Shown here piece after piece: positions 28,840 through 38,054 of a stretch of DNA of 63,122 nucleotides (positions are counted from its first letter, which is position 1; each line of letters begins with the position of its first letter). The notes beneath the pieces are model-generated. The model ran no database searches, was not told the DNA's origin, and saw nothing but the letters and a program-made list of their open reading frames with translations. The DNA lies in IMG/VR virus record IMGVR_UViG_3300030380_004631, positions 1 to 63,122 of that record. One strand, 5' to 3'. The position numbers and the translations under genes are program-made. Source of the DNA: a virus. Its lineage: Duplodnaviria > Caudoviricetes.

Positions 28840-28894
28840 GTATAGCTGCTAATTTGTAGTCTCTATACCGTCTGCTTAGTCAGTCTACAAATTA
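28840..28894 (-). ncRNA. Structured 5' leader, putative pseudoknot next to the RBS
   Basis: 10-bp stem TAATTTGTAG/CTACAAATTA; the loop GTATAG is complementary to CTATAC just 5' of the SD. Confidence 0.5.
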
Positions 28895-28921
28895 TATTAT
28901 CTAAGTGTTTTAATTATACAT

Positions 28922-28954
28922 AAAAAAAAGGGCGATGTAAAACACCGCCCTTTT
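28922..28954 (-). terminator. Rho-independent terminator after the capsid gene
   Basis: AAAAGGGCGGTGT-TTT-ACATCGCCC followed by T8. Confidence 0.85.
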
Positions 28955-28977
28955 AAAGTAAATACTAGTTGTATTTA

Positions 28978-29895
28978 TTAGCTAGTTGGTAAATTTCCGT
29001 TACCAAAAATACATCTTGGATCAGAAAATCCAAAAGAGTATCTTTCTCTAGCTTTAAATCTCATGTTGCCAGTATCGAAGTCACCTTCCATTGCAGTTTT
29101 GATTGGTGATCTAACGAAGTATTTTAATCCGTTAGGCACATCAGTCAATAAGAAGAATGCGTCTGTGTCAGTTAAAAAGTTATTAACTCTGTAACCTTCA
29201 GGGACCATTCCCATATTGTTAATTGCATTGATGTCGTTGTCGGCAGTTCCAACTCTCATTGGAGACTTCATGATTCTTTCAGCAGTAAATTGTAATTCTT
29301 TTGGAATTATCATTTTTCTACCTGTAGAAGCAATTTTTAAGCCTCTTTCGTCAACAAAACCAGCAATGTCAATTAATGACTGCTCAAGCGAAGTTTCATT
29401 CAAGTCTGCAGCAGTTGCAAGAACATTTGAAAAGACACCACCAGTAGCTAGTGGGTGAGAAGCATTAATTAATGATACTCCGTCTCCACCTGTTACAGTA
29501 GCAACTTGTGCATTGTTCAAAACATTTGCAGCTTTAGTCTGCTTCGTGTTTGCCATAGATCTTGCAAGAGCTCTTGTGTATCTTCCTGCTAATCTATCGT
29601 ATAGGTTATCTTCGATTGCTTCCTCAGTGATAGAGAATGCTAATGCGATTGTTTCGTGGTTGTATCTTGCTGTGAAAGTTTCACCCGCAGTATCAAACAC
29701 TACTCCAGCACCTTCTTGTTTAGTTGGTGCAGAAGCAAAACCGCTTAACATTACTTCCTCTTCGAAAGCTCTGTCAGATGTTTCAGTAGAAAAAATTTCA
29801 GCATGCTGATTTTCATATCTACTATATTCCAGGCCGAATAAAGCATTCAAACCTGGCTCTAGTTCTTTAACTAGTTGGGATCGTGATATAGCCAT
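28978..29895 (-). CDS. Major capsid protein (HK97 fold)
   Basis: 305 aa; MAISRSQLVKELEPGL and KARERYSFGFSDPR; strong SD; followed by a terminator; lies downstream of the scaffold. Confidence 0.88.
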   Translation of the reverse strand: MAISRSQLVKELEPGLNALFGLEYSRYENQHAEIFSTETSDRAFEEEVMLSGFASAPTKQEGAGVVFDTAGETFTARYNHETIALAFSITEEAIEDNLYDRLAGRYTRALARSMANTKQTKAANVLNNAQVATVTGGDGVSLINASHPLATGGVFSNVLATAADLNETSLEQSLIDIAGFVDERGLKIASTGRKMIIPKELQFTAERIMKSPMRVGTADNDINAINNMGMVPEGYRVNNFLTDTDAFFLLTDVPNGLKYFVRSPIKTAMEGDFDTGNMRFKARERYSFGFSDPRCIFGNGNLPTS

Positions 29896-29907
29896 AGTTT
29901 ATTCTCC

Positions 29908-30492
29908 TTATGCTAAGCCTGTGCCACTTCTGTAGAAGTGATTGTTGATTCTAACAAGAATATTAGCATTTGCAGCCGTAGTATCCGAATTGTTTGGATC
30001 CTGCGAAATGTCAATTGCTTGTACTGCGAAAGTAGTTGCAATACCTGAAGCACCAACATCAAGTTGAGCTTTAGATAGTCCTGTTTGTGTAACACCAGTA
30101 GTGTTTACAACTGAGTAGTTCTTATATAGATCCGCTCTCGTGAAAGCCGCGTCTGCATCTGCTAAGAATACTGCATCTGGATCATCAACAACAAAGGCAG
30201 TAATATCGCCTTGAGTTGGTGTAATTCCACCAGGGTAGAAATTCTTATAAGTCGGCTTTTGAGTAGTTGGATCATTATAAAAGCATCCGTTGAAAACGCC
30301 CACAATAGCATCACTAGTACCACCAGTATGTTTTTCAATATTTCCAGTAGAAGTAGGGATAACCATATCTCCTTGGAAAATTAAAGTAGCATATCCAGGT
30401 TTAACTGTGTATCTATTTTGAGCACCTACTAATGGTGTGCCGTCTAGTTTTCTGTAAGGTCTAAGACCGAACTTTTCTAACACGTTTGCCAT
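29908..30492 (-). CDS. Capsid auxiliary/decoration protein
   Basis: FGLRP, IFQGD and GVFNGCFY motifs; directly upstream of the capsid gene. Confidence 0.6.
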   Translation of the reverse strand: MANVLEKFGLRPYRKLDGTPLVGAQNRYTVKPGYATLIFQGDMVIPTSTGNIEKHTGGTSDAIVGVFNGCFYNDPTTQKPTYKNFYPGGITPTQGDITAFVVDDPDAVFLADADAAFTRADLYKNYSVVNTTGVTQTGLSKAQLDVGASGIATTFAVQAIDISQDPNNSDTTAANANILVRINNHFYRSGTGLA

Positions 30493-30555
30493 AGTTGTTT
30501 TCTCCTTTAACTTATTTATTTAATCCAAGCTATCTAGGTAGGTAATGCAAAAAAA

Positions 30556-31029
30556 TTATTTTTTACTTTTCTGACTACCACCAAAGGTAACTCTAGACTG
30601 TCTATCAATATTGATAGGCATGTCCGGGTGTTGTTCCTTCATAAGATCTCTGTCCACCGCGTCTGTTCTGTCTTGAGTTATTTTTTTAAAATACTCAGCA
30701 CGACTTCTTAAAATCTCTTCCGGTATCCTTGCCAACACAAGGCCTCCAATTCCGATTAAACCAGCGTGTTGTCCGAGTTGGATTACAGGAAAATCATTTT
30801 CACCAATTTCACTTTTCAATGTATCGGCTCTAACAAATTCCCAGCCCTCTCGTAGTTTCTTAGATACATTACCTGGATCTTCGAAACCATTTGCCGAAGT
30901 TCTTACCCATCTATGTGAGTATCCCTGTGGCGGCACTGGTGCATCCAAACTGGATGGTGGAGTCCAATCTTTTTTACGAGCTAGTTTTTGCCTCGTATCA
31001 GACTCGCGTGAAGTTTTTATAGATGTCAT
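30556..31029 (-). CDS. Conserved head-morphogenesis hypothetical protein
   Basis: WTPPSSLDAP..P.GY.HRWVR and REGWEFV motifs. Confidence 0.6.
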   Translation of the reverse strand: MTSIKTSRESDTRQKLARKKDWTPPSSLDAPVPPQGYSHRWVRTSANGFEDPGNVSKKLREGWEFVRADTLKSEIGENDFPVIQLGQHAGLIGIGGLVLARIPEEILRSRAEYFKKITQDRTDAVDRDLMKEQHPDMPINIDRQSRVTFGGSQKSKK

Positions 31030-31030
31030 A

Positions 31031-32035
31031 TTATGCTCCTTCCTTCACGTATTTTGCGTATTCCTCTAGTGGCACCCCTAATTTCTTAGCGATAACTACC
31101 TGCGATTTGGTGAGTTTCACAGACTTGCGTCCTCCAGATCTACGACTAACAGAAGCAACATTTTGGACGGGCTCACGTGTACTTTGTTTTACTTCAGTCG
31201 TTTCTTGAGCAAATTTCTGAGGGAAATACTCCTTCATACGTTTGTTGATTTGATTATAGTATTCATCACTCTCTGCGTCAATTCCCTGCTGTATAAGGTC
31301 TTCATGTATTCCCATTGCAGCAGATGTTAAAACTCTATCAGTGCCAAACCATTCGTTCTCTTCAGCCCAACCTTGAGCTTTACGACTAATTTGTGGCTGT
31401 GGAGCTTCTTGACCTTGCTCTTGCACAGGTTGTGATTCTACTTCTTTTTTCTTTGCCTCTTTTTCACCAAGCGACATTGAAACTTTTTCTTTCTCAACTG
31501 CTAATTTAGTAAGGCTATCTTGAGCCTCTAAAATAGCATCTGTATCTTGAGAATCTAAAGCAGTTTTTAGGGCAGTTTTTGCCTTATCTCTTTCTGCTTC
31601 TATTCTTGCTTCATACTCTTTGAGATAATTAGTATCTTTCTCTTCAAATTGACTTTGAACAGAGTCATACTTATTTTTTAAACCTTTAGCATAATCAAGT
31701 GCAGCTCTTTCTTTACGTTCAGCTTCCTTAATTTGAAAGGTAAGTTTTTTTATTCGTTTTTGAACTTTCTCGGAGTAACCTTGCAAGTCATCATCAGATG
31801 CTGCAACTTCTTCCTTCTGTTCAACTTTTGCTTCTGGTTCTTTCTCAGCTTCTTTTGCTTCGTTTAAAAGTTCCTTTGCAGTTTTTTGATTTGAAACATC
31901 TGTATAACCTAAGTCTACATCTTCTTTTTTTTCAAAAGCAGTTGTATCTTCATTTGGTGTTTCGATTGTAATAGTTTCGTCTTTAACGCCATCAGTATCT
32001 AATTCAACTTCTGGATTTTTATTTTCTTCAGCCAT
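31031..32035 (-). CDS. Capsid scaffolding protein
   Basis: Acidic coiled coil ending in IAKKLGVPLEEYAKYV. Confidence 0.75.
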   Translation of the reverse strand: MAEENKNPEVELDTDGVKDETITIETPNEDTTAFEKKEDVDLGYTDVSNQKTAKELLNEAKEAEKEPEAKVEQKEEVAASDDDLQGYSEKVQKRIKKLTFQIKEAERKERAALDYAKGLKNKYDSVQSQFEEKDTNYLKEYEARIEAERDKAKTALKTALDSQDTDAILEAQDSLTKLAVEKEKVSMSLGEKEAKKKEVESQPVQEQGQEAPQPQISRKAQGWAEENEWFGTDRVLTSAAMGIHEDLIQQGIDAESDEYYNQINKRMKEYFPQKFAQETTEVKQSTREPVQNVASVSRRSGGRKSVKLTKSQVVIAKKLGVPLEEYAKYVKEGA

Positions 32036-32044
32036 TTGTCCTCC

Positions 32045-32497
32045 TTAATAATGGTGCAAAATATCGTTAGGGTCTTTAATATTGGCAATGATCTCATCAT
32101 CATTCAATATTCTTACTTCCCCTCCGTCTATTTTGAATCTTGAACCTGCATACCTACTAAAAATTACCCATTCATTTAGTTTGCACCAAGGTCCTTTTGA
32201 GAATTTATCTTTATCTTGATAACAAAGATCTCCCATTTTCAATACAAGACCACATACTGTAGTCATTTGTATTGTTTCTTGTGTCGTATCAGATAACCAC
32301 AAACCACCTTTGGTTTTTTTAGGACCAGCATAGGGTAATACTAATAATCTGTATCCTGTAGGTGTTGGTAGACTATCTAATGTTGATTTTTTGATCGCTT
32401 TAGGATCAAGGACTGTTTTGACTTCTTCTTCGCTTTTATAAGCGTTTAAAAGTGCTTCAGTCCGTTTCGGTGTCTCCGTGGACTTGTTCATCTTCAT
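32045..32497 (-). CDS. groES: Co-chaperonin GroES-like
   Basis: PTGYRLLV, KTKGGL, VLKMG and RYAG....DG.EVRILNDDEIIA motifs. Confidence 0.9.
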   Translation of the reverse strand: MKMNKSTETPKRTEALLNAYKSEEEVKTVLDPKAIKKSTLDSLPTPTGYRLLVLPYAGPKKTKGGLWLSDTTQETIQMTTVCGLVLKMGDLCYQDKDKFSKGPWCKLNEWVIFSRYAGSRFKIDGGEVRILNDDEIIANIKDPNDILHHY

Positions 32498-32675
32498 ACT
32501 CCGTGTTTGTCAGCAGGTCTTTTAGATCCTGTTGCAGATCTTCTAATGATCTGATTTGACCTCTAACATATTGTAGTTTCTCCATAGTGTCAACACCATA
32601 TATAGCGTGGTCTTTGAGTTGTTGAAGACTTTTCTTAATTCTTCTTTGTACTAATGAAATTGTATCTATATCCAT
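32457..32675 (-). CDS. Hypothetical helical protein
   Basis: 72 aa, YVRGQIRSL motif; upstream of groES. Confidence 0.65.
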   Translation of the reverse strand: MDIDTISLVQRRIKKSLQQLKDHAIYGVDTMEKLQYVRGQIRSLEDLQQDLKDLLTNTEYEDEQVHGDTETD

Positions 32676-33820
32676 TAAGTTAATTTCAAACTGTTAAAAT
32701 GTTCATCTTCCAACATATCAATAACTTTTTTTGAATGTGGATATGGATCATCTGCTTTGTACCAATGATAAATGTAAATACCATTAACTACATGAAACTC
32801 ATGACCACCTTCTACAATTTTTTTATGTATTAAATTGTCTTGGCCAAGTGTATCTCCTGTATATGGAAAGCCACCAAGATGTTTCATTGTTCCAATGTGA
32901 ACACATAGGAATGTTCCTGAGTAATGTCCTACTTCTTTTGGGTTAATATGTAATGAAGTTTTACCCCATTGTGCTTTTGCTAGTCTTTTGCCTAATTTTC
33001 TGTGATAAGTCATATCATGATTATGTGGATCTACTCCAGGAATCATCTGTCTCAAACTTGCAAGTCTATTTACCCTACAAGTAAATGCTTTGCCTTTTGG
33101 ATTGTCCATTATTGCTTGCTGCAACTGTAAGTACCAATCATAACAACAAAACATAGCATCATGATCTATTATTGCTAACCAATCATTATCATCATGTTGA
33201 TTTAAACAATCGTTATAGGCTGATCCCATACATCTTCTACCAAACTCATTATCATCCCAAGCTATGTGAGTCCAAATCCTAGGTTTACTTTTTTTAATAC
33301 CCCAAAAATATAAATCTTTGTGAGTTTTTTCATAAGTAAATTCAAAATCTACAAATATTTTTTCTATATCTAATACTTCTCTAACATCTGCCTCAGTTAA
33401 ATTTTTATAATAGTCAGACCACTCACCTTGTAGTAAAGGTGCATCTGATGGAGATGTTCTTCTAGTTCCATGCTCAGCTCTTCCTGTAGAGGCACAAGTA
33501 AACATAAACAATCCACCTGGTTTAAGTAAATTTACGCAGTTTCTTAATGTATCTCTGTAATACATGTCGTGCTCAAAACATTCTGTGCTAACTACAATGT
33601 CAAACTTGATATCAGAAACAAATTCGTGACCCTTACAAACAAAATCTACATTGGGTCCTTCACCAACATCTATTCCTATATACTTTGCGTTTTCAAAAAG
33701 AAATCTAGTATTACCATTTATATCTAATGATCCAATATCGAGTACGCTGCAATTTTTAAAATGAGGTTCAAACTTTGTTTTTACAGATTCTAAAAAATTT
33801 ACCTGCTGTTGGTGAGCCAT
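32675..33820 (-). CDS. Class I SAM methyltransferase fused to a GT2-like domain
   Basis: N-half VLDIGS, FDIVVSTECFEHD and LKPGG; C-half GSAYN, IIDHDAMF and GQDN. Confidence 0.75.
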   Translation of the reverse strand: MAHQQQVNFLESVKTKFEPHFKNCSVLDIGSLDINGNTRFLFENAKYIGIDVGEGPNVDFVCKGHEFVSDIKFDIVVSTECFEHDMYYRDTLRNCVNLLKPGGLFMFTCASTGRAEHGTRRTSPSDAPLLQGEWSDYYKNLTEADVREVLDIEKIFVDFEFTYEKTHKDLYFWGIKKSKPRIWTHIAWDDNEFGRRCMGSAYNDCLNQHDDNDWLAIIDHDAMFCCYDWYLQLQQAIMDNPKGKAFTCRVNRLASLRQMIPGVDPHNHDMTYHRKLGKRLAKAQWGKTSLHINPKEVGHYSGTFLCVHIGTMKHLGGFPYTGDTLGQDNLIHKKIVEGGHEFHVVNGIYIYHWYKADDPYPHSKKVIDMLEDEHFNSLKLT

Positions 33821-33829
33821 GCATGGTTT

Positions 33830-34009
33830 TTAGCCGATATTTTTAGTATTTGCAACTTTGTTTTTATTGATACCCTTTTTAATTACATATTCTTGAGTAC
33901 CATTTGCTCCAGTTTCTACCTCTGATTTTAAATCCTTAAATAGAAGCTTTTCTTTGCGTATTTTAGCAGTATTTGCAGAATACGTTGTCAGTAATTTAGT
34001 GTCTCTCAT
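33830..34009 (-). CDS. Small basic protein
   Basis: EVETGANGTQEYVIKKGINK; start set at the ATG at 34009. Confidence 0.55.
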   Translation of the reverse strand: MRDTKLLTTYSANTAKIRKEKLLFKDLKSEVETGANGTQEYVIKKGINKNKVANTKNIG

Positions 34010-34136
34010 ATATATTCTTGATCTTACCTTGAGCTTTAAGTTTTTTAAGATCACCTTTTGTAAGTTTAGTTAAATCTATTTTAACTTCTTCATATTGTCT
34101 TCTTGGTTTAAAAATATTTTTAATCCATCTCCACAT
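33996..34136 (-). CDS. Small basic protein (46 aa)
   Basis: Hand-translated MWRWIKNIFKPRRQ...KIKNIYERH; TAATG-coupled. Confidence 0.55.
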   Translation of the reverse strand: MWRWIKNIFKPRRQYEEVKIDLTKLTKGDLKKLKAQGKIKNIYERH

Positions 34137-34468
34137 TATGTTCTCACATTAGTTGGTTTAGGTCCTGAATTCCCTGCAGCTCTTTTTCTGCTGACAGCAC
34201 TCGCCTTTTGCGACTTTGACATCGCTGTGGCTTTTGCAAGTGGTACGCACTTCGGGTATTTCCTTTTTGAACCACTCGCGGATTTTCTTCCACACTCCTG
34301 ATACTTGCCACCTTTTTTCTTTGCTCCAATATCTACCCATTTTTCTGCAAACCATTTTGTTAATCCGCCTGTTTTCATTGCAGGCACACAATTAGGAACT
34401 GTACGGCCACCTTTTTTCTTCATGCCCTTTTGAACATAGCCTTCCCAACATGTTCCTTTTTTATACAT
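34136..34468 (-). CDS. Basic Cys-containing protein
   Basis: CWEGY...G.KKK...VPNCVP and GGLTKWFAEKWVDI...YPKCVP motifs. Confidence 0.65.
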   Translation of the reverse strand: MYKKGTCWEGYVQKGMKKKGGRTVPNCVPAMKTGGLTKWFAEKWVDIGAKKKGGKYQECGRKSASGSKRKYPKCVPLAKATAMSKSQKASAVSRKRAAGNSGPKPTNVRT

Positions 34469-34941
34469 TATCTTCCTAACAGTGATTTATCTCTGTTCGT
34501 CAATTTACTGCCGCCATGCATTTTAATTCCATACTTAACATCAGTTTTTGCGTCAGATCTTTTACCAGCACCTCTTACACCGCTTTTCATAATTTCAATT
34601 ATGTTTCTACCACCAGCTTTTCGGTATTGTTTGTATCCATATTTAATTCCTTTGGTTAACAAACCACCAACTAATTTTTTTTCTGGATTAATAGTCATAA
34701 GTGTTCTTGCTTGTTTAGCGTGAAGCTTTGATGCTTTTTTTAAACCCTTAACAACACCTTTAATTTTAACTTCCATTCCTACTTTTGCTTTTTTAGGTCC
34801 CCAATCTTTTCTTCTTACACCAGAAGGATCTTTTGCTTTACCTGCACAAATTTTACTAGCGTATGCATTAGCATATGCTGACGGGTATACCTTAAATTTT
34901 CTTTTTGCTGCCGCTTTACCTCTTGGACATAATTTAGTCAT
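34468..34941 (-). CDS. Highly basic protein
   Basis: LCPRGKAAAKRKFKVYPSAYANAYASKIC motif; Lys-rich. Confidence 0.65.
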   Translation of the reverse strand: MTKLCPRGKAAAKRKFKVYPSAYANAYASKICAGKAKDPSGVRRKDWGPKKAKVGMEVKIKGVVKGLKKASKLHAKQARTLMTINPEKKLVGGLLTKGIKYGYKQYRKAGGRNIIEIMKSGVRGAGKRSDAKTDVKYGIKMHGGSKLTNRDKSLLGR

Positions 34942-35325
34942 CTATTTTTTTCCTCCCTTAAATATTTGAGTTCCCTTAATACCAAAAATACTTCCCACGA
35001 CAAGGATCCAAAGTGTACTGAACCAGGTCGGGAGTGCCGCGAAGTGTTCGAAAAAAGTTTTTACCTTATCAAGAGCTCCCGGATCCTCCGAGAAGACTCC
35101 CCAAGCGAGTACAATTATTGGAGCGGACAATATTATAAGAACGAACTCGTCCTTGTAATCGTTTTGTCTAGCTTCTAATAATTTACCTTGGTATTGTTCC
35201 TCACCTCGAGCTTGACGCTCTGCGTGTAGCAATTGTGCGTCTGACATTGCTACTTTTGCCTTTTGCTTGTTAGCATAAATTTTTGAACCAGCACTTACTG
35301 CTAATTTAATTGCACTTAACCACAT
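34942..35325 (-). CDS. Putative holin (3TM-type)
   Basis: YKDEF followed by two TM segments and ending SIFGIKG. Confidence 0.6.
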   Translation of the reverse strand: MWLSAIKLAVSAGSKIYANKQKAKVAMSDAQLLHAERQARGEEQYQGKLLEARQNDYKDEFVLIILSAPIIVLAWGVFSEDPGALDKVKTFFEHFAALPTWFSTLWILVVGSIFGIKGTQIFKGGKK

Positions 35326-35647
35326 TATATTTCTCCTGTCTTCTAATACACATATATTCTATCAAAATATCGATGCAATCGTAAGCCCTACCACCTGAGA
35401 GCTTCCATTTGTACGTTTGTGACCAATGAGATTTTCTTAATCTAGGTTTTACTACTTTTCCACCAAAAAATTCGGCAAATTTATTTACAGAATCTTTATC
35501 ACACATTTCAACAGAACATTGAAAGGATTTTCTACCATCTCCCTTACCCCAAACACCGAAACTTCCTTCGCCATCAAACAGTCCAGCCAAAAATATAATT
35601 TTATTTCTTTTTGGCAGCTTTTCGTAAGAATTTTTTAGCTTGTGCAA
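35306..35647 (-). CDS. Single-motif LAGLIDADG homing endonuclease-like protein
   Basis: FLAGLFDGEGSF motif, FGGKV and YKWKL. Confidence 0.8.
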   Translation of the reverse strand: MHKLKNSYEKLPKRNKIIFLAGLFDGEGSFGVWGKGDGRKSFQCSVEMCDKDSVNKFAEFFGGKVVKPRLRKSHWSQTYKWKLSGGRAYDCIDILIEYMCIRRQEKYNVVKCN

Positions 35648-35735
35648 TGATTAATCCTCGTGGGTTGGGTCCTTTTTTTGGGGGTGGTCCATATTTTATT
35701 CCCCCACTCAAGCCTTTTTCTTTATTTCTTCTCAA
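35601..35735 (-). CDS. Small Pro/Lys-rich protein (44 aa)
   Basis: Hand-translated from a TTG start: ...GLSGGIKYGPPPKKGPNPRGLIIAQAKKFLRKAAKKK. Confidence 0.45.
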   Translation of the reverse strand: MRRNKEKGLSGGIKYGPPPKKGPNPRGLIIAQAKKFLRKAAKKK

Positions 35736-38046
35736 TTTTGTCTCTCGCTATCTCTAATCTTTCATCAGATTGTGAATCTTGTTGTGCTAATCGATCATAT
35801 TCGAATTCCATTCGTTGATTATTTGTAATTCTCTCTTGTTCAGCTCTAAATCTAGTCTCTTCTGCTTTTCTTTGTAGATCCATTGCTCTTAAATCAACTT
35901 CTTGTTGTTTAATTTTAACTAATGGGTCTTGTTTTGCACCTGATGCTGCCATTTCACCCTTAACAAGTGACTCTGTAATCTCTGCTACAGCAGTTGCAAC
36001 AGAATTATCGTATGCAATTTGAAATTCTTCTGGACTTTGTTGCTGCAGTTGCATCATATTTGGATCATTTTGCATTTGTTCCATAACTTCTTTTCTAGCT
36101 TTAAAAGAAACATGGTCAGATACGTGTGCTTGAAGCAATGCGTACACTGGTGGATTAATTTGTACCATTCTTGATTGCATAAATGCCATGTGAGCAGCAA
36201 TATGTGCATCGTGATCTTGAAATTCAAAAGCAGTTGCAAACTTCATCTGCAATGCTCTAGCATTTTCTTTAGCAGGATCCATAGGTTCTGGTTGTCTTGG
36301 TGGTGGTTTCAATAAAGTTTCTATTTGTTTTGTACCAAGTGCTTCGTAAACTCTTCTGTATGCTTCGTGTAAATTATGCATTTGAGGATTTGATTGTGCA
36401 ATTTGTAATTGTGCTTGGGCTAAAGTAACTCTTTGAGCCATTGACATAATATTTGGATCAGCAACAGGTAAAATATCTACTCTTTCATCAAAATCAGATT
36501 GTTTAATTTGTCTTGGACCACCATAAACATCGTAAGGATATTCTGGTGGGAGACTGCTTGCACAAATTCTTGCTAAAATTTTAAATTCTAGACGCATTGC
36601 ATAGTAACATCTTTTGTGAACACCACTCATTACTCTGCTTCCACGCTCCATAAGAGCTACTGTTGTTCCTACAGCTCTATTTTGTACATCATTACCAATG
36701 TTTTGATCTGTAATAGCTGCAAATTTTTGTCCTGCTTGTACTACAAAACCAAGTAAGTTGTATAAAGTTACTGAAGGCTCTGTAAAAGGTAAATTAAAAA
36801 ATTGATCTCTTATGTTTCCGCCAGGTGCATCTACATCTCTAAACTCTCCTGGTTGTATAGGTTGATCATCATCTCTAACTCTTATACCTCTAGACTTAAA
36901 TCCTGCTGGTAAATTTTTCAAAGTACCTGCATCCATTAGCTGTCTCAAAGCTTGTGTTGCTGCTCTAGACAAACCACCAATCATATGTGTTAAGCCAAAA
37001 CCATAAAAACCAAGACCAGGTAAAAATTTGTAGTGAACAAAAAATTCTACTCTTGCATAACCCGGATCATCAGGCATATAATTTCTGTATATAGATAAAA
37101 CCTCACCGCTTCCTTCATCAATACTAACTATGTAAGGAATTTTTATTTTTTTTGCTTTATCATCAAAGTTTTCATAATCATCTAAATTTAAATCAACATG
37201 CATTTCTAAAATGTTATGCATGTAATCTGTTTCAGTTTTCTTAATACCTTCTAATTCATTTAATTTTTTTTGTAGTGAATCTGGTTCGTTGTCAGATTCT
37301 GTTAATTCTATATCTCTGTAGAAACCTGCTGCTTGTTTTTTAATTACATCGTTTTGTGTCATCTTAACAACATGAGTAATTCTTTCACAATCTTTTAAGT
37401 CAGATGCATAATAAGGAACTACTAGATCTTCTGCAGGTATAAATTTTGATACTGCTCTATTGAGCATTGCATCGTAATAAACTTTTTTAAATGTTGACCC
37501 AGATAGCGGCAAATAAAATAACATCTGATCCATGTCAGGTGTGTATTCTTCCATCTCTTCCATAAGAAGATAATTCATGTAGTCTTTAACTCTATCTGCT
37601 TGTCCTTCTGTAGCCGGTGTCTTTAATCCAACGACCTGTGTTCTTACAGGGCCATCACTAGGTACAAGTTCTTTAAAAGCTTGAGCTTGGAATTGTGTAA
37701 CACTTTCTGCTAATAACGGATGAGTGACACTAGAAGCTCCTCTAAAAGGTTTTGTTACTTCTTTGTATTGTGTTCCAAGTAAATCAAGTCCTTTGATATA
37801 AGCGTCTTCCCATTCTTTTCTTGATAGCTTATCTTTTTTATATTCAGCAACTAAATCACTAGCCATGGATTTAAGAGTTCTCTCATCCATGTCCTCTGCT
37901 AAGTTTGCATTAAAATCTTGTTCTGGAGCTTCAGTAATCTCCTCTTCACCTTCGATAGTGACTTCAGGTAAACCCTCAGGTTGTTCCTGAATTGTCTCTT
38001 CTACTTGTGTATCTTCAATGATTTCGTTGTTCTTTTCTACAGCCAT
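35722..38046 (-). CDS. Portal protein
   Basis: 774 aa; HPLLAESVTQFQA, GSTFKKVYYD, FLPGLGFYGFG and a C-terminal coiled-coil barrel. Confidence 0.9.
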   Translation of the reverse strand: MAVEKNNEIIEDTQVEETIQEQPEGLPEVTIEGEEEITEAPEQDFNANLAEDMDERTLKSMASDLVAEYKKDKLSRKEWEDAYIKGLDLLGTQYKEVTKPFRGASSVTHPLLAESVTQFQAQAFKELVPSDGPVRTQVVGLKTPATEGQADRVKDYMNYLLMEEMEEYTPDMDQMLFYLPLSGSTFKKVYYDAMLNRAVSKFIPAEDLVVPYYASDLKDCERITHVVKMTQNDVIKKQAAGFYRDIELTESDNEPDSLQKKLNELEGIKKTETDYMHNILEMHVDLNLDDYENFDDKAKKIKIPYIVSIDEGSGEVLSIYRNYMPDDPGYARVEFFVHYKFLPGLGFYGFGLTHMIGGLSRAATQALRQLMDAGTLKNLPAGFKSRGIRVRDDDQPIQPGEFRDVDAPGGNIRDQFFNLPFTEPSVTLYNLLGFVVQAGQKFAAITDQNIGNDVQNRAVGTTVALMERGSRVMSGVHKRCYYAMRLEFKILARICASSLPPEYPYDVYGGPRQIKQSDFDERVDILPVADPNIMSMAQRVTLAQAQLQIAQSNPQMHNLHEAYRRVYEALGTKQIETLLKPPPRQPEPMDPAKENARALQMKFATAFEFQDHDAHIAAHMAFMQSRMVQINPPVYALLQAHVSDHVSFKARKEVMEQMQNDPNMMQLQQQSPEEFQIAYDNSVATAVAEITESLVKGEMAASGAKQDPLVKIKQQEVDLRAMDLQRKAEETRFRAEQERITNNQRMEFEYDRLAQQDSQSDERLEIARDKIEKK

Positions 38047-38054
38047 GATTTATA

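Noticed and set aside
35306-35735. Group I intron or intein hosting the LAGLIDADG ORF
   Set aside because: Portal and holin-like genes look uninterrupted, and there is no room or recognisable core for an intron.
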